Origin: an uncultured delta proteobacterium
Lineage (GTDB): Bacteria; Myxococcota; Myxococcia; Myxococcales; Myxococcaceae
Reading direction: 5' to 3'
DNA: 64,000 nt
NCBI GenBank assembly: GCA_963796055.1
Contig: CAWCKH010000002.1
Location: forward strand, 128,001 to 192,000
This document shows positions 59,583 to 64,000 of the stretch, piece by piece. The stretch's first letter is position 1. Each line of letters begins with the position of its first letter. The notes under the pieces were generated by a model. The model did no database searches. It was not told the DNA's origin and saw nothing but the letters and a program-made list of their open reading frames with translations. Position numbers and translations under genes: made by a program.

Positions 59583-60206
59583 TCAGTGCCCGGGTCCCGG
59601 CCGGCCCCCTCCCCAATTCCAGCCCCCAGGGGGCCCGCCTTCGCGGCGCCACTGATCAAGCTGGTTGCGCTGTTCCGGGGTGAGAACGGCCCGCGCTTGG
59701 TTCGTTGCCTGAACGTGGGCCTCGAGCATCTCCTGGCGAAGCTTGCTCGTGTGGGCGTAGACCGCTCCGATTGCTTTGGGATCGGGTTCGCTTGCCGAGG
59801 AGAGGTCACGCAACTTGGCCTCGTCGTCCTGGATCTGGCCCATGATCGCCCAGTGCTTCTTCCGGAGCGCATCGGCGATGCCGTTGATCTTCGTGCGCTG
59901 GGCATCCGAGAGGTTAAGCATCCAGATCGGCCCCATCCCGTAGCCGCCCATCATCCCAGGGCCCATTCCGTAGCCTCCGTAGCCGCCCATCATCCCGGGG
60001 CCCATTCCGTAGCCTCCGTAGCCACCCATCATCCCGGGGCCGCCCATCATCTCGGGTCCCATCCCGTAGCCTCCGTAGCCGCCCATCATCCCGGGGCCCA
60101 TCCCGTAGCTGCCCTGGCCCGCATCTCCTTGGGCCAGCACTGCTCCCGGGCTCACCAGGGCCGCGGCTCCGAGGAAGGCCATCAACGAGGTAGCAAGACG
60201 TCTCAT
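59583..60206 (-). CDS. Spy/CpxP/ZraP-family periplasmic protein with Met/Gly/Tyr repeats
   Basis: Signal peptide; YGMGPGMMGG repeats; LNLSDAQ...VLTPEQR (LTxxQ motifs). AAGGAG RBS. Confidence 0.9.
   Translation of the reverse strand: MRRLATSLMAFLGAAALVSPGAVLAQGDAGQGSYGMGPGMMGGYGGYGMGPEMMGGPGMMGGYGGYGMGPGMMGGYGGYGMGPGMMGGYGMGPIWMLNLSDAQRTKINGIADALRKKHWAIMGQIQDDEAKLRDLSSASEPDPKAIGAVYAHTSKLRQEMLEAHVQATNQARAVLTPEQRNQLDQWRREGGPPGGWNWGGGRPGPGH
59930..60110. repeat. Imperfect 39-bp tandem repeats encoding GYGGYGMGPGMMG
   Basis: Repeated CCGTAGCCTCCGTAGCCGCCCATCATCCC units. Confidence 0.85.
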
Positions 60207-60525
60207 CTCTCTCTCCTTCGGGCTCGAGTTTCCCGTGGCGGAGCGGGGAACCTCACGGGCCGGAGAGGCCCGTGGCAAATCGAGACGCTCACACCTTTGG
60301 CCTCAGCAAGACAAGCCCCTCGGCCCTCGCAAGGGCGCTGTCGGTCGGTTGTCCAGGACTGGACTCGACCGCGTGCTGGCGACCCGGTGGCGGGACGGAG
60401 TACCCAGGCATACGAGCCGCGCCCAACGATCTCACCACGTCCCAACCGCGTCTTCCGCGCCCCAGCGCGCCGCTGGGCGGGCGTGCGTGGCCCGAGTCAA
60501 TCGATGAACTGACACGTCCCGACGA

Positions 60526-60630
60526 TGGGTCACGATCCTCGTCTCGAACACGCTCGGCACGGCACTTGGGGATTTCGTGGCGACGGATGCTGGGCTGGGT
60601 TTCGAGGGCGGAGCTCTCGTATTCGCCGGG
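60526..60630 (+). pseudogene. Internal remnant of a COG4705/DUF347 membrane protein
   Basis: WVTILVSNTLGTALGDFVATDAGLGFEGGALVFAG. Confidence 0.65.
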
Positions 60631-60814
60631 CCGATCCTCGATCGGAATGATGAGGAGGTGGGGGGCGGTTCTGATGTTTCGTCCGAAGTCTTGGACGTTG
60701 GCGGGGCGGGCGCCCTGAGCCAGAGCGGAGATCCGGCAGGAGACCAGCACCGGTGCGGGACGCACGCTGTCACGTGTGGCGGGATGTGCCTCAGCACGCA
60801 CTGAGTCTAGGAAC

Positions 60815-61900
60815 CTATGGGAGCGAAATCGCCAGCTCCTCGGCGCCGAGAGTTGGATCTGCTCGCGCCACCACGCGGACCGACTCTCGAACTTTCTCGA
60901 GAACGAGCGGAAGGTCGGTCCTGCGATCGACGTAATGGCCGACCTCGTCGAGCGACGCAGGCCATGTGCCCCGGGTGTCATGCACAGCCCAGAGGCCAAG
61001 CCCGGACCGCAACAGCTCCAAGTCCGTTTCCAGCCTCCGCACCCGACGGAAGAGCTGGACCCAGCGCTCAATCCCTCCCGGGGAGTCATCCACGTCGGCG
61101 AGTCGCCAGAAGAACGGCGCCTCCCCCATCGCGCGGAGCGCTGGGTCGGCAAGCGCCGGAGAGGAATCGACGACTTCGATCGCGTGAGCTGAGACAAGGC
61201 ATTGCTCCCTGCCGGCGGCCCGGCTGAAGAGAGTTCGCCTGACCTTGTGCAACCAGCTCCCGGTGTCCTGTTGCTGTCCGGCGGTCCGCATCAGGTGAAT
61301 CGCCCCGGGCGGCAGCTGCGCCCGGGACTCCTCGCTCCAGTATCTGGCGAAGAAGGCAACCTGCGCGAACACCAGTTCCTGCTCTAGCGTATGCGCCAGG
61401 GTTGGCCATCCACTCTGGAGCGCTCTAACTGCAGAATAGAGTTCCTGCCGATGCGCCGGCGTCGCCTGTCGAGCAGTGTCCAGGCAAAGCGCTCGGGTCC
61501 GCGTTCCCCAGGCCGCCGCAACCATCCGCCCCAGAAGACTCGTCCCGGCAGAGGCCCGGAGAAGCCCCAAGAGCCCGATGCAGGTCTCGACCGCGCGGGA
61601 GGTGTCGCCTGATTCAAGTGATGCCCGTCCGCGGATGAGGCCGAGTCGAACACTGGTCTGGAGGTTCAGCGTTGACGGCTGGAGTCGCCAATCGTCGAAG
61701 ATGGACCAGAGCTGGAAGCTCGGCGGGAGTCGGTTCGCGCTTCCCCGAGCGGCGAAGAGAAGGGTCTTCAGCTCCGGTTCGAGATGCTGGGCCGCCTCCA
61801 CGAGCTCCGGCGCGGTCGCCACGGGAGCACGGCCCTCCACCACCGCGGCAAACCGGGGACCGTTCTCGGCTGAGGGACTGCCCCGTTGAACAGGGTCCAA
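60815..61900 (-). CDS. Hypothetical helical protein; may extend to about 62106 through a frameshift
   Basis: 361-aa ORF with C-terminal GTWPASLDEV. A hydrophobic N-terminal segment lies in overlapping ORF 61768..62106. Confidence 0.5.
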   Translation of the reverse strand: MDPVQRGSPSAENGPRFAAVVEGRAPVATAPELVEAAQHLEPELKTLLFAARGSANRLPPSFQLWSIFDDWRLQPSTLNLQTSVRLGLIRGRASLESGDTSRAVETCIGLLGLLRASAGTSLLGRMVAAAWGTRTRALCLDTARQATPAHRQELYSAVRALQSGWPTLAHTLEQELVFAQVAFFARYWSEESRAQLPPGAIHLMRTAGQQQDTGSWLHKVRRTLFSRAAGREQCLVSAHAIEVVDSSPALADPALRAMGEAPFFWRLADVDDSPGGIERWVQLFRRVRRLETDLELLRSGLGLWAVHDTRGTWPASLDEVGHYVDRRTDLPLVLEKVRESVRVVARADPTLGAEELAISLP

Positions 61901-62185
61901 ACGGCGGGATCCAGCGCAGCCAGCCCCGGGTTCTCCACGTTGAGCGGTGCCGCAGGTGGCTGCGGGGCCACCGCGAGCTCACCGGCGCGCCGGACCGCCC
62001 AAGCTTCACAGCCTGCACCGTCGTGGGTCGGTGGAAGTCGAACGGCCAGGAGAATGGCAAGGAGTCCCCCCACGGAACGTGAGTGTACCTCAGCCGTCGC
62101 ATCCACGCCCGTGAACGGCTTCGGACGAGGCCCCCATCTCTCTGCTCTTGGGCGAACCGGGCAGCGCCTGCATGATACTGGATGC

Positions 62186-62794
62186 GTGGACCAGGACTTC
62201 GAGTTGTTCGGGGAGCTAGGCGCTGTCGTTCCGCCGACCGAAGTTCAAATGTCGGGGACCTGGTCGGCGCGGACGCGGCGGCAGTACGCGTCGCGGGAAC
62301 AAATGGGCACGGGCGAGGGCCCGTACGTCGAGATTGTGGACTGGATCTGGGAAGGGATTTTCGCCAGCGTCGCGCCGTTCGACGAAATCGCAGTCCTGGC
62401 CGCCAGGAACACCCTGTGCTGGGCGAAGTCGCAGCCGCCGCTGGCTCAGGCCCCGGTGAGCGTCGCGGCATCAGCCTGCGCAGGCACCCCGATTTCTGTT
62501 TCCTTCACCGGCGCGTTCCACGGCGCGTACCCACCGTCCGTTCCCGTGGAGATCAGCGAGGAGCCGCCCAAGGCCTGCGTCCTCGGGGCATCGCAGACCA
62601 CGATGGGCACGCTGCACGTCGTGGCGCAGCTAGGACGTGCCGCGTTTGGGGTCGTTCTCCTACCAGCCTCAGCCGTGAAAGTTGGGCGCAACCGCCTGTG
62701 GCAGCTCCGCGAGCCGTTGGCTTCGACACTCGGTCCAGAGCTGCAACGGCTGCTGATGGGTGGCCGGAGCGGTGAACTCGAACTCAAGGACTGA
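62186..62794 (+). CDS. Hypothetical protein
   Basis: Protein-like composition; no motif recognised; start is a guess. Confidence 0.4.
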   Translation: MDQDFELFGELGAVVPPTEVQMSGTWSARTRRQYASREQMGTGEGPYVEIVDWIWEGIFASVAPFDEIAVLAARNTLCWAKSQPPLAQAPVSVAASACAGTPISVSFTGAFHGAYPPSVPVEISEEPPKACVLGASQTTMGTLHVVAQLGRAAFGVVLLPASAVKVGRNRLWQLREPLASTLGPELQRLLMGGRSGELELKD

Positions 62795-62929
62795 ACGTCC
62801 GACGAAGCGAGGAGCGGACCGTGCGGTGGTGCGGCTCAAAGCGGCACTCGGCGGCGGTCTGAATATGACCGGTCGAGACAGGATCGGCGATCAAGCCCGC
62901 CTCGACTCCGTCCCCCCGGGGGCCGACGG

Positions 62930-64000
62930 TCAGGGTAGCGGGACGATGCGGTCGAGGCGATTACGGCCGTCCTCGACGAAGTACAGCCCATCCGGGGCAA
63001 GCACCATCGCCGTCACAAACGACAGGTCGCGCGCGAGCGGCACAGCGATCCCGGTGGCGAGGTCGTAGCGGTAGAGGCTCTGCGGCGGAGCGGGATTGGG
63101 GCCGAACTCAGCGGGGAACGTGGCGAAGTACACCGTTCCTGTAGCGACCGCTCCGGCGACGACCGGGAGGTCCGTTGCGAGCAGCAGCTCCTTGGGGCCG
63201 CCATCCCTGGCGACCCGTGAGAGCGTCCCGCCATCGCCGAACCGGTCTCCCGAACCCCAGTACACGAAGTGCTCATCGACCCCGAGCACGTACGCAACCT
63301 GCTCCGCAGGGGCGAGGGTGAGGACGTTCCCGTCGAAGTCGAAGCGCACGATGTCCGCGAAGAAGCCCCCTGCGTACGGGAGCACGGAGGCGAAACCTTC
63401 TGGCCCGTCGACTGCCATGGAGAAGACGCCGCCGCCGACCGGGAAGTCGCGCCAGGGACCGCCGCCGTCCGTCTGCCAGAGATGGACACCTCGCGAGTCC
63501 CCGACCACCAGGGTGTTGCCCGCTATCCTGAGCACCGAGCTGGTGCCGCTCGCAGTTCCGATCGGTCCTGCGGCCCCGGTCTCTCGAACGAGACGGTGGA
63601 CGTAGCCGTCGACAGCCGTCCAGTACACGCCGGCGTCGTCGAGCGCGAGCGAGATGGGTTCATCGTAGAGGTTGTCTCGCGCCCAGATCTCGCGCGTAAC
63701 CCCGGTGTCGAGCGCCGTGTCGTAGATGGCGAAATACATCGCCCAGAAGAGATGGGTGCCATCGACCGCGAGCGCCCAGGCGCCCGCGTCCGGGGCCGCG
63801 GAGAGCACGGCCCCGTTTGCGCCGCCGTCCACGGCTCGCCAAGACAGGACGAAGGTCGGCAACCCGGCATCCTGGGGTGGACCCGAGTCCTGACCCGCGT
63901 CCGGTACGTGTTGCTCTCCCGAGCAGCCGAGGACGGTCGCGATCCCGAGCGTCAGGGCTAGGCCTGCGAGTCTCGCTCGGGACCTCGGCCGCGAATCGTT
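62930..64000 (-). CDS. Beta-propeller lipoprotein (DUF5050/SBBP-like blades), 5' end outside the window
   Basis: Frame stays open to the window edge: LGIATVLGC lipobox, DAG linker, repeated LAVDGTHLFW / LDDAGVYW / VDEHFVYW blades. Confidence 0.8.
   Translation of the reverse strand, partial: NDSRPRSRARLAGLALTLGIATVLGCSGEQHVPDAGQDSGPPQDAGLPTFVLSWRAVDGGANGAVLSAAPDAGAWALAVDGTHLFWAMYFAIYDTALDTGVTREIWARDNLYDEPISLALDDAGVYWTAVDGYVHRLVRETGAAGPIGTASGTSSVLRIAGNTLVVGDSRGVHLWQTDGGGPWRDFPVGGGVFSMAVDGPEGFASVLPYAGGFFADIVRFDFDGNVLTLAPAEQVAYVLGVDEHFVYWGSGDRFGDGGTLSRVARDGGPKELLLATDLPVVAGAVATGTVYFATFPAEFGPNPAPPQSLYRYDLATGIAVPLARDLSFVTAMVLAPDGLYFVEDGRNRLDRIVPLP

Noticed and set aside
54871..60110. 33-bp and 39-bp repeats as possible CRISPR arrays
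   Set aside because: No unique spacers, periods are multiples of three inside ORFs, and no cas genes are present.

Overview
GC-rich bacterial DNA, most likely Myxococcota: one protein ends in a MYXO-CTERM-like sorting tail and there are many lipoproteins, one with a DAG-motif linker. I found no rRNA, tRNA, CRISPR array, integrase or transposase. The window looks like an accessory or plasticity region. It holds an HAE1 RND efflux operon with a fourth periplasmic gene, aqpZ, metal-resistance genes (ChrB domain, DmeF, a CopB-centred copper cluster of Met/Gly/His-rich envelope proteins), a PA-domain metalloprotease, a nine-repeat Big_2 lipoprotein, an AlkP-superfamily protein, a large patatin, and about a dozen short gene remnants. 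The strongest candidate for an undescribed system is the co-oriented cluster at 33056-39359: atypical acyl-CoA dehydrogenase, signal-less PhnD-like protein, TusA-like/radical SAM fusion, DoxX, GT2, DUF2064 transferase and a GT-C membrane glycosyltransferase. A second candidate is an orphan pair at 47926-50903 (helical protein plus PDZ protein). Four otherwise intact genes carry single-base frameshifts that are probably sequencing errors. All family assignments come from recognising motifs by eye; no searches were run.
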